From the NCBI GenBank assembly GCA_964291265.2, contig OZ219747.1:3136001-3200000 (forward strand): DNA of 64,000 nucleotides, in the 5' to 3' direction. The DNA is from Alphaproteobacteria bacterium. Its GTDB lineage: Bacteria; Pseudomonadota; Alphaproteobacteria; SP197. The translations under genes were made by a program, and so were the position numbers. The notes below the pieces were generated by a model. It had not been told where the DNA came from and searched no databases. It saw nothing but the letters and a program-made list of their open reading frames with translations. This document shows, piece after piece, positions 1 through 11,645 of this stretch; positions within the stretch are counted from its first letter, which is position 1; every line of letters begins with the position of its first letter.

Positions 1-204
1 CGCCAGGGCAACCGGATGGCAGTCCATCAGCCTGGCGGCCTCGCTGTCGAGATCGTCCGAAATCCTCTCGCCGCCCAGTCGGAATCTCTGCATCTGGTTC
101 GTCACGCCGGGTGGGCGCAGGGATTCGAGCTCCGGCTGGACGACGGTGTTCATCGCTGGCGTCATGACACCGATGATGGAGCGGTAGCCCAGAATATCGG
201 TCAT
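1..204 (-). CDS. Maleate cis-trans isomerase / Asp-Glu racemase family protein (5' part only, runs off the window)
   Basis: Manual translation from ATG at 204: MTDILGYRSIIGVMTPAMNTVVQPELESLRPPGVTNQMQRFR, matching the family N-terminus (GVxxPxxNTxVQPE). It abuts the stop codon of the upstream SRPBCC gene. Confidence 0.7.
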   Translation of the reverse strand, partial: MTDILGYRSIIGVMTPAMNTVVQPELESLRPPGVTNQMQRFRLGGERISDDLDSEAARLMDCHPVALA

Positions 205-642
205 TCAGCTGTTGTCCCTGAGCCAGGCGGCAAGTCCCTTCATGCCATCGCGGTAGATGAGATCGCCGACGATCGACTCCAGTTTCGCTTCATCTTCCCT
301 GGCACAATCGAAAGTTCCCTCCCAGATGCCCAGCGTCCAGTTGCCTTCCGTGATCGCCACGAAGCGGTGGGTGGAGACATAGCTGGTGCAGGGCAAGGGG
401 CCCTCGATGATGTCGTAGGTGTAGAAGTGGTCGACATCGGAGTGCGCCAGGAGCGTTTCGCGAAAGATGGTGCCATCGGCGATGTCGAGATGCCGCACCG
501 ACCCGACCGCCGTTGACGTTCCGCTCTCCATGCGGGCGGCCGTGACCTCCGGGTTCCACGCGCCCACACTGTCGAATTCCCTGACGGCGGCCCACGTTCT
601 GTCGATGGGAGCCTCGATGATGATACTGCGGTACACGTTCAT
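205..642 (-). CDS. SRPBCC / polyketide cyclase-dehydrase family protein
   Basis: 145 aa; SIIIEAPIDRTWAAVREFD...GSVRHL...FRETLLAHSD...YTYDII pattern typical of SRPBCC proteins. Confidence 0.85.
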   Translation of the reverse strand: MNVYRSIIIEAPIDRTWAAVREFDSVGAWNPEVTAARMESGTSTAVGSVRHLDIADGTIFRETLLAHSDVDHFYTYDIIEGPLPCTSYVSTHRFVAITEGNWTLGIWEGTFDCAREDEAKLESIVGDLIYRDGMKGLAAWLRDNS

Positions 643-2172
643 TCACGCGTCTCCGGTTCCTGGAAGTCTGATGGGAAAGCGCGAGCGGATGGCCTGCTCC
701 GCCGTTGTCTCGAGGTGTGTCGGCGCCGGGGCGTCAGCGATGCGCGTCACTCTGGCTCTCGCCCTCTCCCAGAGCGATACAGTACCGGACTCGACCCACT
801 CTTGGACGCTGCGCCTGTCGCCCAGGCAGGGGTAGACGTACTCGCTTTTCATGAGCTCCAACGTCTGTGGCTCGCCGAGGTAATGGCCGTCGCCGCGAAC
901 AACACGGTCCATGGCGTCGAGATCGATGGCGTCCGTCGTGACATCGACACCGCGAACCGAGCGCAGGATGGCGCCCAGCATCTCGTCATCGATGACAAGG
1001 GCTTCCGGGGAAGCCACGGTGATGGAACCCAGCATGCCGACGGAAAGATTGATCATGTCCGCTCCCGCGTGAGCCGCCAGGGCAATGGTATAGGCCTTCT
1101 CGTATCCTGCCTGGATGTCCGCTTCCTTGGAGTCGGTCATGCCTGCGGCAACGGTGGAAGGCAGTTGAAGGTGACGCAGAAGCTGTGCCGCGGCGGCATT
1201 CGCAATGGCCGACTCGCCGCCGCCGCCACTCATGGCGCCCGTTCTGAGATCGGATATGAATGGCATGAATGCATGGATGGTGGGATGACCGGGCTTGAGG
1301 AGGTCAACCACCATGAGCCCGGCGAGAGTCTCCGCGAGACCCTGGGCAAGGGCGCCGGCGAGCGTGACGGGACTGGTGGCGCCGGCCTGACCCGCCGAAC
1401 ACGTCTGCAGCGGCATGCCCTTGTCCATGGCGGTACGCATGATGTCGACGCCATCGGCTGCATAGCGAAGAGGCGAGACGGCATGCACCACAACCGCCAT
1501 GCAGAAGGGTCGCCGGCGAAAGCTGTCATCGGCCCCGAGTGCGCAGTCGAACATGGCCACGACCGGTGCGACGTGTCCGGCATGGGCGAACGACGTGCCG
1601 ATGGGCTTGCTCGTTCCGGCAAGGCAGGCGTAGGCGGTGTTGACGTCGAGTTCGAAGGTGTCGGCCATGTCCCGTGCCACCAGGGGGCGGATGCCGTAAT
1701 GCACGTTGGGGCACGCATCGACCACACGCATGATGGCATGAAGGTCACGAAGTGTGGAGGGGCGGTAGCGTCCGGTTGCGCTGTCGAGCACATCGATGGC
1801 GGCGCCACCGGTGCCGGTGTGAACGAGGCCGTTGCCGGCATCGATACCCCTGTCCTCGACAAAGCCCGGTACGGTGACGCTCTTCGCTGCCCGCTCCAGT
1901 GCCTTTTCGACCCGGATTCGCGGGAAGAGAACGCGGCCGTCCCCGCGCCGCCTGGCGCCATCCCCGGTTGCCATCCGGACGAACCAGTCGGGAGCCGAGG
2001 CCATGCCGATGTGCTCGAGAATGGAAAAGGCGCTGTCGATGATGGTGTCGCGGGCGGCGTCATCGAGGGGCGAGAAGCGGCCGCCCCATTCCCTGCGGGG
2101 AGCGATTGCCGGGAGATTGGTCGATCTTCGGGATTTCGACCGCGCCACCCGCTGGTTGACAGTCGGGCTCAT
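643..2172 (-). CDS. Trimethylamine methyltransferase (MttB) family protein, non-pyrrolysine
   Basis: GTGGAA, VSPLRY, SAGQAGATSPVTLAGAL, DLRTGAMSGGGGE, GMTDSK..D.QAGYEK, LVIDDEMLG motifs; no in-frame amber codon. Start placed at MSPTVNQR (2172); the longer ORF-track N-terminus looks spurious. Confidence 0.9.
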   Translation of the reverse strand: MSPTVNQRVARSKSRRSTNLPAIAPRREWGGRFSPLDDAARDTIIDSAFSILEHIGMASAPDWFVRMATGDGARRRGDGRVLFPRIRVEKALERAAKSVTVPGFVEDRGIDAGNGLVHTGTGGAAIDVLDSATGRYRPSTLRDLHAIMRVVDACPNVHYGIRPLVARDMADTFELDVNTAYACLAGTSKPIGTSFAHAGHVAPVVAMFDCALGADDSFRRRPFCMAVVVHAVSPLRYAADGVDIMRTAMDKGMPLQTCSAGQAGATSPVTLAGALAQGLAETLAGLMVVDLLKPGHPTIHAFMPFISDLRTGAMSGGGGESAIANAAAAQLLRHLQLPSTVAAGMTDSKEADIQAGYEKAYTIALAAHAGADMINLSVGMLGSITVASPEALVIDDEMLGAILRSVRGVDVTTDAIDLDAMDRVVRGDGHYLGEPQTLELMKSEYVYPCLGDRRSVQEWVESGTVSLWERARARVTRIADAPAPTHLETTAEQAIRSRFPIRLPGTGDA

Positions 2173-2512
2173 GGACGTTTGGTGCCACGCTCCGGGTGCA
2201 GGTTCAATTCCGAAAATGGGCAGGCCTCTCCTGTACTCCTCCTCCGATATCCGATCGGTCCACATGGCGTCGCATCGCGGACTTGGGAAGAGGCGAGGGG
2301 CGCACGTCGGACTTGTTGCATGGCGCCTCCAGCGAGAACCTGATGACCGGTTTCTTCGACGTGCGGCAGGCGAGGCACCGGAAGGTCGGGGCCCGCGGTC
2401 ACCGCGCCCTGTTGCTGACCGAGGTTCCCGGGATAGAGTGATCCGTACCGCCCACGGGATGAGAGCTCGGCTGTCTTCCTGGCGATGGAACGACAATGAA
2501 GAGTGCATCACC

Positions 2513-3403
2513 ATGGGGCGACGGTTGTGGCTGACAGGCTGCCTTCTTTTCATTGGCATCACATGGGGCGTGGTGCCGAGTCTGGCCCGTCTGGCCACGA
2601 GCGAAGGGGCGGATTTCCTCCATGCAACGTTCCTGCAGTCCCTGGCCGGTGGTCTTGCACTCCTCGCCCTGACCCTCGTGCGCGGAAGGAGGTTTCACCT
2701 GTCATGGCGTCACATGTGGTTCTACACGCTGTGCGGTTTTACCGGAACCACGATACCGACGGCCATCATCTTCGCAGCCTCGTCCGAGATCGGGGCCGGC
2801 ATGATCGCCATCGTGATTGCCCTTGCACCCGTTCTCACATACTTCGGCGCTCTCGTTCTCGGTTTCGAACCGCACAGCTTCTGGCGTCTTGTCGGCATCG
2901 CCCTGGGTTTTGCCGCCGTGCTTCTCATCGTTCTCCCGGATCTCGAGATCGGGATGGAGTCCCTGACCGCGTGGCTCCTCGCAGCCTTGTTCATTCCCGC
3001 TTGCTATGCCATTGAAAGCCTGATCATTGCTCTCAGGCGGCCGCCGGAAGGCGATGCCATGATGCTGGTGGCGGGCATGCTGCTGTCCAGCGCGTTGGTG
3101 CTGCTGCCTGTGGTGCTTCTCGGCGGGTCGGCGGACGGGCTCCTGCCCGGGTGGACCACGGCGTCCGCGGCCGTGGGCAGCATTGCCATCATCAACGTCA
3201 CCGCCTACGTGATCTTCCTCTACCTGATTTCGGCGGCAGGCGCGGTCTTCGCAACCTTTGCCGGTTACCTCAACATGATGTCCGGCGTCTTCTGGGGCAT
3301 CGTCCTGTGGGAGGAAAGCCATTCGCCATGGGTCTGGGGGGCGGTCGTCCTGCTGGCCGTGGCAATGTATCTCGTCACGGAACGCAGGACCGCGGAACCG
3401 TGA
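2513..3403 (+). CDS. DMT/EamA family transporter
   Basis: About 10 hydrophobic segments; WGVVPSLAR start and two EamA-like halves; start at MGRRLWL. Confidence 0.85.
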   Translation: MGRRLWLTGCLLFIGITWGVVPSLARLATSEGADFLHATFLQSLAGGLALLALTLVRGRRFHLSWRHMWFYTLCGFTGTTIPTAIIFAASSEIGAGMIAIVIALAPVLTYFGALVLGFEPHSFWRLVGIALGFAAVLLIVLPDLEIGMESLTAWLLAALFIPACYAIESLIIALRRPPEGDAMMLVAGMLLSSALVLLPVVLLGGSADGLLPGWTTASAAVGSIAIINVTAYVIFLYLISAAGAVFATFAGYLNMMSGVFWGIVLWEESHSPWVWGAVVLLAVAMYLVTERRTAEP

Positions 3404-3518
3404 CCGTCATCCGCCGGGCACGTGTTCCGAGTGCGTAGCCGGCCACCCTCGACGTTTCGCGAAGTGAAGGTCCTTGTGGCGGCCGGAAGCCGTAACTGAT
3501 ACAAGGCCGACAGGGAGC

Positions 3519-4046
3519 ATGGGTGATGGCATGAGTCGCAAGCGGACCTTCACCAAGCGCCAGCTGCGTGACGCGCTGGGCATGTTTGCGACCGGCGTCA
3601 CGATCATCACGTCCTCGACACGCGATGGTGAACTCCTCGGAATCACGGCCAATTCCTTCAACGCCGTCTCGCTTGACCCACCCATGGTGCTGTTCAGCCT
3701 GTCCCGCGAAGCCCACAGTCTCAACAAGTTCGAGCAGTCGGACTTCTTCGCCGTCAACATCCTGTCGACGCGTCAGCGCGCCCTTTCCGACCGTTTCGCG
3801 AGGGCATCGGTCGACAAGTGGAAGGATGTCTCCTTCGAGACCAGCGTGACCGGGTGTCCGATGTTCCCGGGATCACTGGCCCGCTTCGAGTGCTACACGC
3901 GGTTTCATTACGACGGCGGTGATCACGTCATCTTTGTCGGTGAAGCCTTTTCGATGATGCTCGGTGATCCCGCCGATCCTCTCCTCTACTTCCAGGGGCA
4001 CTATCGTTCGCTGACACCCGACGTCTCGGACCTTGACTGGTCCTGA
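3519..4046 (+). CDS. Flavin reductase family protein
   Basis: LRDALGMFATGVTIIT, GITANSFNAVSLDPPMVL, GGDHVIFVG, PLLYFQGHY. Confidence 0.92.
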   Translation: MGDGMSRKRTFTKRQLRDALGMFATGVTIITSSTRDGELLGITANSFNAVSLDPPMVLFSLSREAHSLNKFEQSDFFAVNILSTRQRALSDRFARASVDKWKDVSFETSVTGCPMFPGSLARFECYTRFHYDGGDHVIFVGEAFSMMLGDPADPLLYFQGHYRSLTPDVSDLDWS

Positions 4047-4858
4047 GGAGGCTCGCGGGAGTTTGTGTTGTCTGTGATCCAGTCAAGGGCGGCGGTCACG
4101 GATCTCGTGATGAGGTCACTGACCGACCGCGCCGACTCGTCACGCCAGCGCAGGGGCAGGTCCTCTTCCATGTAGATGGCCTGGGAGAGCTCCAGCTGGA
4201 TGGCGTGAACGCCGCGTGACGGCCTGCCGTAGTGACGGGTGATGTAGCCCCCCTTGAAGCGGCCATTGATGGCAACGCTGAAGGTGTCCTGCCCGGTCAT
4301 CGCAGCCACGACTCTCTCGACAAGCCCCGGATGGGCCGCTGTACCGTCTGCCGTCCCGACATTGAAGTCGGAAAGCCGGCCATGGAAGAGCCGCGGCACC
4401 TGCGAGCGGATGGAGTGGCCGTCCAGCAGGGCAATCTGCCCGTGGCATTCCAGAAGCCTCGCGATCTCACGAGAGAGCGTGTCGTGCCAGGGCATCCAAT
4501 AGAGGGCGACCCGCTCCTCGACGGTCCGGGCATCGGGCCGCTGTCCGGGGAGATAGATCTCCTCGTGGTCAAAGGTCGTGAGGGGGACGAGTTCGGAAGT
4601 GTCCTGACCCGGGTAGAGAACACGATCGTCCGCGGCCCGATTGAGATCGACGACATATCGGGAATGGGTGGCGGTCACGACCGTTGCGTCGAGATCTTCG
4701 GCACAGGTGTAGAGCCTGTCGACATGCCAGTCAGTGTCGGGAAGGTGTCGGGCGATCGGTGTCATCCGGTCGGCGATGGTCGCGGGAAGCCGGGTGCCGA
4801 CATGGGGGAAGCTGATGACGAGGGGGGCTTGACCCCGTTTCACGATGGCTGTCTGCAC
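4001..4858 (-). CDS. hutG: N-formylglutamate deformylase/amidohydrolase
   Basis: PLVISFPHVGT, DTDWHVDRLY, SRYVVDLNR, DGHSIRS, NGRFKGGYITRHYG, HAIQLELSQ. Confidence 0.92.
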   Translation of the reverse strand: MQTAIVKRGQAPLVISFPHVGTRLPATIADRMTPIARHLPDTDWHVDRLYTCAEDLDATVVTATHSRYVVDLNRAADDRVLYPGQDTSELVPLTTFDHEEIYLPGQRPDARTVEERVALYWMPWHDTLSREIARLLECHGQIALLDGHSIRSQVPRLFHGRLSDFNVGTADGTAAHPGLVERVVAAMTGQDTFSVAINGRFKGGYITRHYGRPSRGVHAIQLELSQAIYMEEDLPLRWRDESARSVSDLITRSVTAALDWITDNTNSREPPQDQSRSETSGVSER

Positions 4859-4870
4859 GGGAGAGGTCCT

Positions 4871-7264
4871 CTACGGCGTTGTCAGGCTGGCGGATGCGAG
4901 GATGAGGTGGTGGGTTGCATCGGTGATCCTGCTGCCCGGAACGACGGCCACCGGCTGGTTGGCCTGCCATCGGCCCACCAGGTTGTCATAGTAGGGCGAA
5001 AGGGGATTCCCTGACTGGCCGGGCATGGTGACGAAGTATCCCGTCACGGGATCGTCGAGGTCGATCACGGCGCGCAGGCCGGGACCGTGGAAGGTGTTGA
5101 AATGATCGTGTCCGGACGCGAGACGATAGCTCGTCGCGGAGACGCTGTAGCCGTCACCGCCCAACGGGATGCTGACACCGGTCAGGGCGTCGAGAATGGG
5201 GACGAAGCCGAAGAGCGGATGGCTGAGGTGCATGGCGTGCACATCGCCCCAGATCCAGCCGGACGGATCGCTTCCATGCGATCTGACAAGGTTCTCCGCC
5301 GCCTCGTCGAGAGCACGGCCGGAGACCTCGGTACACGTGAGGGTTTCGCCGGTCAGGGTATCGTTGCACCAGCCGTGGAGGTCATCGCCGAGAGTTGCAA
5401 GAACGAACAGCGGGCGGTCTCTCCATGCCCGTTCGAAAAGGTCCCCCAACTCGTCCGCATAGATCGCCCGCGTGAGAGCGCGGTACCAGGCATGAAAGAC
5501 CGTGGGCGCTACAAGGCCGGCGTCCATGGAGTGGTCCCAGTCCTCCAGGCGAATCTGCAACAGTCGTCCGGCGGTGGTCCGCGGTGTGCCGGCGAGGGCA
5601 TGGGGAACCAGGGCCGAGGCCAGTCCCGACCAGGTGTCGAGCTGGAGACGGGAGAAACTGGCCGGATCGTGAGGTGTGCCGGTGTTCAGGACATGGTGAA
5701 TGCGCTGCGCCCGCCATCCGGGTTCCCAGCGATGACCGAGGACATGGGGATAGTCCCTGCCGACGGGGCGGTTGTTGGCGGCCGCGATGATGCCGGACGG
5801 GGGATCGATGACGCGGGGCAGCTCGTCGAAGGGTATGCGTCCGCTCCAGTCCGCTTCACCTGAACTTCCGTCGGCGGGAAGGCGGCCGTCGCCGGAGCGG
5901 CGCACGGGCACGAACCCCGGAGACAGCATTCCGATGGATCCGTTCCTGTCGGCATAGACGATGTTCTGCATCGGACCGGCGAAGCTGCGCCCGGCGTCGT
6001 TGAAGTCCTGCCAGTTCCTGGCCGTGTGAAGGAGGAGCGCCGCATTCAAGCTCTGATCGTCGTCATGCAGCATGGTCCAGGCAAGAGCCAGAACCTCGTC
6101 TTCATCGGTGTCGCCCTCGAGGGAACTCACCATTCCCGTCAGGACAGGGCCGTGGCGGGTTTCGAGCATCGTGACGTGCTCGTTTCGGGAGAACCTGACC
6201 GCAATGGTCTCGTCTCGCACCGCAAACGGCACCGGACCGGCGGGCGTCATGTAGCGGTCCGGGTTGTCAGGGTCACGGCGCTCGACGAAGAGGTCCTGGG
6301 TGTCGGGTCCGGTGTTGGAGAGAGTCCAGGCGATGGCGCCGTTCGTGCCGACGAGAACGAGTGGCATGCCAGGCAGGGTGGCGCCGGCGACGTTCAGTCC
6401 CGGCGCCGCCATGTGGGCGAGATACCAGACCGAGGGAATGGTGAATCCGAGATGGGGATCGTTGGCGGCGAGCGGGGACCCCGAAGCGGTATGGCTGCCG
6501 CTCACTGCCCAGTTGTTGGAGCCGTTGTTGGTGCCGGGAAGGAGGCGGGCGAAGAGCGAGGCGAACTCCGCGAAATCAACCCCTTCCACGGTATCGATGA
6601 TGGTGGTGTCACTGTCGGGGGACGGGGGGAGGAAGCTCGCGGCCTTCTCCGGTCCCAGTCGTTGCACCAGCGCTGCATGCAGTGCCTCTTCGCGCCAGTT
6701 TCCCGAGAGCATGAGGCCCATGACCTTGAGCCAGGAAAGGGAATCGGCGGGATGCCAGGGCTCCGGCTCGGCGGCCAGAAGCAGTGCCAGTTCCGGCGCC
6801 GGGGGTCCGGTGTGTGTGGCGAGCCAGGCATTCACGCCGGCCGCGTAGGCATCGAGGGCGGCACGCGTCTCCGGAGGCAGGCTGGCGAGGGATGAGCGCG
6901 CCGCCCGGTAAAGATCGAGCAGGCGCAGGAATCGGTCGTTGTCGACAGCCAGCGAACCAACGAGTTCCGCGATCCGTCCCTGAGCGCCGCGGCGTTGCAT
7001 CTCCATCTGGAAAAAGCGGTCCTGTGCATGGGCAAAACCGAGCCCGAAGTAGGCATCCTCGGGCGATCCGGCATGGATGTGGGGAATGCCCCATTCATCG
7101 CGCAGGATGTCGACGGATCCGGAGATGCCTTCGACAGCGATCGTTCCGTCAATGTCGGGAAGGGTTGTCCTGAACCAGACATAGAGACCGGCGCCGGCGG
7201 CGGGAACCACCAGCATGAGGGTGAGGATGACACCGGTCACACGGCGCAGGAGTTTCGCCATCAA
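4871..7264 (-). CDS. Penicillin acylase family (Ntn-hydrolase) protein
   Basis: N-terminal TM segment; RDEWGIPHI, HAQDRFFQM, catalytic GSNNWAV, ANDPHL, GQSGNPLSPYY. Confidence 0.93.
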   Translation of the reverse strand: MMAKLLRRVTGVILTLMLVVPAAGAGLYVWFRTTLPDIDGTIAVEGISGSVDILRDEWGIPHIHAGSPEDAYFGLGFAHAQDRFFQMEMQRRGAQGRIAELVGSLAVDNDRFLRLLDLYRAARSSLASLPPETRAALDAYAAGVNAWLATHTGPPAPELALLLAAEPEPWHPADSLSWLKVMGLMLSGNWREEALHAALVQRLGPEKAASFLPPSPDSDTTIIDTVEGVDFAEFASLFARLLPGTNNGSNNWAVSGSHTASGSPLAANDPHLGFTIPSVWYLAHMAAPGLNVAGATLPGMPLVLVGTNGAIAWTLSNTGPDTQDLFVERRDPDNPDRYMTPAGPVPFAVRDETIAVRFSRNEHVTMLETRHGPVLTGMVSSLEGDTDEDEVLALAWTMLHDDDQSLNAALLLHTARNWQDFNDAGRSFAGPMQNIVYADRNGSIGMLSPGFVPVRRSGDGRLPADGSSGEADWSGRIPFDELPRVIDPPSGIIAAANNRPVGRDYPHVLGHRWEPGWRAQRIHHVLNTGTPHDPASFSRLQLDTWSGLASALVPHALAGTPRTTAGRLLQIRLEDWDHSMDAGLVAPTVFHAWYRALTRAIYADELGDLFERAWRDRPLFVLATLGDDLHGWCNDTLTGETLTCTEVSGRALDEAAENLVRSHGSDPSGWIWGDVHAMHLSHPLFGFVPILDALTGVSIPLGGDGYSVSATSYRLASGHDHFNTFHGPGLRAVIDLDDPVTGYFVTMPGQSGNPLSPYYDNLVGRWQANQPVAVVPGSRITDATHHLILASASLTTP

Positions 7265-8421
7265 GCGTGGTCTCGGGAACGAAGCTCCCGGAGAATGGCT
7301 TCGCGATGCTCGTCGAGGTCCGGGACCCTGCCACGCCGTGCGGGATCCTCGAACGCGGACAGCTTGATGGGATTGCCTGACATCCTGATGGAACCCGCGC
7401 GGGCATCCTCGGCCATGACGATCATGTTGCGCGCGGCAACGTGCGGATCAGCCATGACATCCGCGATTGTGTTGATGGAACCGCAGGGAACCCCGGCTTC
7501 CTGCAGCACGGCGAGCCAATGATCACCCGGTCTGGTGGTCAGCACCGCTTCGAGCTCCTCCCGGAGGGTGTCGGCATGCGTTGCCCGCCTGGCATTGGTG
7601 GAGAAGCGGTTGTCCGCGGCAAGGCCGGAAAGTCCGAGCACGTCACAGAGCTTGACGAAGAGATCGTCATTGCCGGCTGCGATGACGATATGGCCGTCCC
7701 CGGTTCTGAATGCATCAAAGGGCACGATCGACGGGTGGCGGGTGCCAAGCGGACCCGGGATCTCCCCGGTGGTGGCGTGGCGGACGATTGCGTTTTCCAG
7801 CATGGCGATCTGGCAATCGAGCATCGCCACGTCGATCATGATGCCCTCGCCGGTCCGGCTTCTGTGGTGGAGAGCTGACGTGATGCCGATTGTCGCGAAA
7901 AGGGCTGCCGCGATGTCACCGATCGAGGTGCCGACACGCGTCGGTTCGCCTCCTGGATGTCCGGTGAGACTCATGACGCCACCCATGGCCTGGACAATCA
8001 GATCGTATGCCGGCCGGCTGCTGTAGGGGCCGTTCTGGCCAAAACCGGACACCGCCGCATAGACGAGACCTGGATGCCGTTCCTGCAGAACTGACCATGG
8101 ATAGCCGAGGCGCTCCATCACGCCAGGGCGGAAATTCTCGATGAGCACGTCGGCCGAACCGAGCAGGGCCTCGAACACCTCACGATCGCCATCAATCCTG
8201 AGATCGAGCGCTATGCTCTCCTTGCCGCGGTTGATCGAGGCGAAATAGCCCGAGAGGGGACCGAGGAAAGGCCCGATTTCCCTGGCATCATCGCCAGTGT
8301 CCGGTTGCTCGACCTTGATGATCCGCGCCCCGAGGTCGTGCAGCATCATGGTGCAGTAGGGTCCGGCGAGGACCCTTGTCAGGTCGATGACCGTGATGTC
8401 ATTGAGCGGCCCGTCGGGCAT
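7261..8421 (-). CDS. CaiB/BaiF family III CoA-transferase
   Basis: DLTRVLAGPYCT, NRGKESIALDL, ENFRPGVMERLG, AYDLIVQAMGG. Confidence 0.93.
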   Translation of the reverse strand: MPDGPLNDITVIDLTRVLAGPYCTMMLHDLGARIIKVEQPDTGDDAREIGPFLGPLSGYFASINRGKESIALDLRIDGDREVFEALLGSADVLIENFRPGVMERLGYPWSVLQERHPGLVYAAVSGFGQNGPYSSRPAYDLIVQAMGGVMSLTGHPGGEPTRVGTSIGDIAAALFATIGITSALHHRSRTGEGIMIDVAMLDCQIAMLENAIVRHATTGEIPGPLGTRHPSIVPFDAFRTGDGHIVIAAGNDDLFVKLCDVLGLSGLAADNRFSTNARRATHADTLREELEAVLTTRPGDHWLAVLQEAGVPCGSINTIADVMADPHVAARNMIVMAEDARAGSIRMSGNPIKLSAFEDPARRGRVPDLDEHREAILRELRSRDHA

Positions 8422-8480
8422 GAACCACAACCCTCCTGGAATGGGCCTTGACCATCACACGAAGCAGGGCCCTTCGTCCA

Positions 8481-9794
<1,314 letters not shown>

Positions 9795-9856
9795 TCATTC
9801 CCCTGTGTCCCGTCATCTTTCGGATCTCGGTTGCCAGAGTGCTCCAATCGGCAATG

Positions 9857-11047
9857 TCAGCCGGTGAAGGCCTGGATGCCGGTCTGTGCGCGGCCGAGAA
9901 TGAGGGCGTGGATGTCGTGGGTGCCTTCGTAGGTGTTGACGGCTTCGAGGTTCAGCATGTGGCGAATGACACCGTACTGGTCGCTGACGCCATTGCCGCC
10001 ATGCATGTCGCGCGACGCGCGGGCAATGTCGAGTGCCTTGCCGCATGAATTGCGCTTGATGAGAGAGACCATCTCCGGTGTTGCCCGGCCTTCGTCCTTG
10101 AGGCGACCCACCCTCAGACAGGCCTGAAGTCCGATGGCAATCTCCGTCTGCATGTCCGCCAGCTTTTTCTGAATGAGCTGGTTCGCGGCGAGTGGCCGGC
10201 CGAACTGGGTGCGTTCCAGGGTGTAGGAGCGAGCCGCCTGCCAGCAGCAGGTCGCCGCTCCGAGCGCTCCCCAGGCGATACCGTAGCGGGCATTGTTGAG
10301 ACAGCCGAAGGGTCCCTTCAGACCGCGAATCTCCGGGAAGGCGTTCTCCTCGGGGCAGAAGACGTTCTCCATGACGATCTCGCCGGTCGGACTGGCACGC
10401 AGGCTGAACTTTCCCTCGATTCCCGGAGTTGACAGGCCTGCCATGCCGCGCTCGACAAGGAATCCCCTGATGGCGCCCTCGTCATCCTTCGCCCAGACCA
10501 CCATCACATCGGCGATCGGCGCATTCGAGATCCACATCTTGGCGCCGCTCAGCCGGTATCCGCCGGCCACCGCGCGGGCCCGGGTTGTCATGGAGCCGGG
10601 ATCCGAGCCGTGATCGGGTTCCGTGAGACCGAATGCCCCCACCATGGCGCCGCTGGCCAGTGACGGAAGGTATCTCTGGCGCTGTTCCTCGGTTCCATAA
10701 GCGTGGATGGGGTGCATCACGAGACTCGACTGCACCGATGCCGACGAACGGTAGGCGCTGTCGATCCGCTCGATCTCGAAGGCGATGAGACCGTAGGCGA
10801 CCTGGCTGACGCCGGCGCAGCCATAGCCGTCGATGGTCGCTCCGAGCAACCCCATCTCGCCCATGCGGCGGATGATCTCGCGATCCCCCGTCTCCTCGCG
10901 AAAGTCCTTGGTCACCCGCTGCGCTAGGTAGTCTTCGCAGAACTGCCGTGCCGAATTGCGGATCATGCGTTCATCCTCGTCGAGCTGTTCGTCCAGCATG
11001 AAGGGATCGTCCCACCTGAAGGAGGTGCGGGAAGGGATCGTGTTCAC
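9857..11047 (-). CDS. gcdH: Glutaryl-CoA dehydrogenase
   Basis: [72 protein letters not shown]. Confidence 0.93.
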   Translation of the reverse strand: MNTIPSRTSFRWDDPFMLDEQLDEDERMIRNSARQFCEDYLAQRVTKDFREETGDREIIRRMGEMGLLGATIDGYGCAGVSQVAYGLIAFEIERIDSAYRSSASVQSSLVMHPIHAYGTEEQRQRYLPSLASGAMVGAFGLTEPDHGSDPGSMTTRARAVAGGYRLSGAKMWISNAPIADVMVVWAKDDEGAIRGFLVERGMAGLSTPGIEGKFSLRASPTGEIVMENVFCPEENAFPEIRGLKGPFGCLNNARYGIAWGALGAATCCWQAARSYTLERTQFGRPLAANQLIQKKLADMQTEIAIGLQACLRVGRLKDEGRATPEMVSLIKRNSCGKALDIARASRDMHGGNGVSDQYGVIRHMLNLEAVNTYEGTHDIHALILGRAQTGIQAFTG

Positions 11048-11329
11048 GGTCGTTGTCTTTCTGAAGTGACGGATCGCCGGAACCCTAATCCGAACCGCTT
11101 CACGCGATCAATTGCGTGACTGCCATCGGCTGCTCGCACAGGATCTCTCCAGACCGGGTTCCACGATGTCAGACCGCTTGAACCGGCGCTCCGGATGCGC
11201 TGCGGTGATGGATTGTCATGCCATCCGCAAACGCGATCAGACCCTGCACGAGACACCGGAGTCCGACAGGCACGTCGATACCAGGACAGGATTCTTGACA
11301 GATCGCATGATCCTGTCCGAGTGGTGACC

Positions 11330-11645
11330 GAAAGTCGTCGCAGCGGACGACAAGGCCCGGCTTCGGACGGGATGCGCTAGCGTTGCGATGTGACTTGAGC
11401 AGATCGTCGAGCGGCTCGTGCCCTACCTCCATCTCGGCGCGCTCCACCGCGTCGATCACCAAGTCGGTCGAGGCATCCGCGCGATGGCTGCGCTGTGCCG
11501 AAGCCCTCGGCCAGTCATGGTGCTCCGCAGACATGGGCAAGGACTCGCGGCGTCCATGTCGCGTTGTCTCCACCGGTTCTCGTCGCGCTTCGTTCTGAAA
11601 GCGGCCGGACTTGCGCTGGAACTCAAGGGCGCTCACCGTGGGCAT
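11330..11645 (-). pseudogene. Degenerate type II TA pair: Phd/YefM antitoxin plus the 5' stub of its toxin
   Basis: GGAGAGG RBS then MPTVSALEFQRKSGRFQNEARREPVETTRHGRR (Phd pattern). The expected stop after LDDLLK reads TCA and the frame continues into RPKPGLVVR, which resembles the start of the partner toxin. Confidence 0.6.

Noticed and set aside
715-2343. Long antisense ORFs (also 8448..9932, 21942..23519, 50106..51488, 57124..58341)
   Set aside because: Shadows of well-supported genes on the opposite strand, with no recognisable motifs.
4001-4046. 46-bp convergent overlap between the flavin reductase and hutG genes
   Set aside because: Short tail-to-tail overlaps are common and imply no special function.
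11076-11090. Minus-strand TAGGGTTCCGG resembling the 5' part of the ykkC/guanidine-I riboswitch, upstream of gcdH
   Set aside because: The downstream conserved elements are absent and the start codon follows within about 30 nt.
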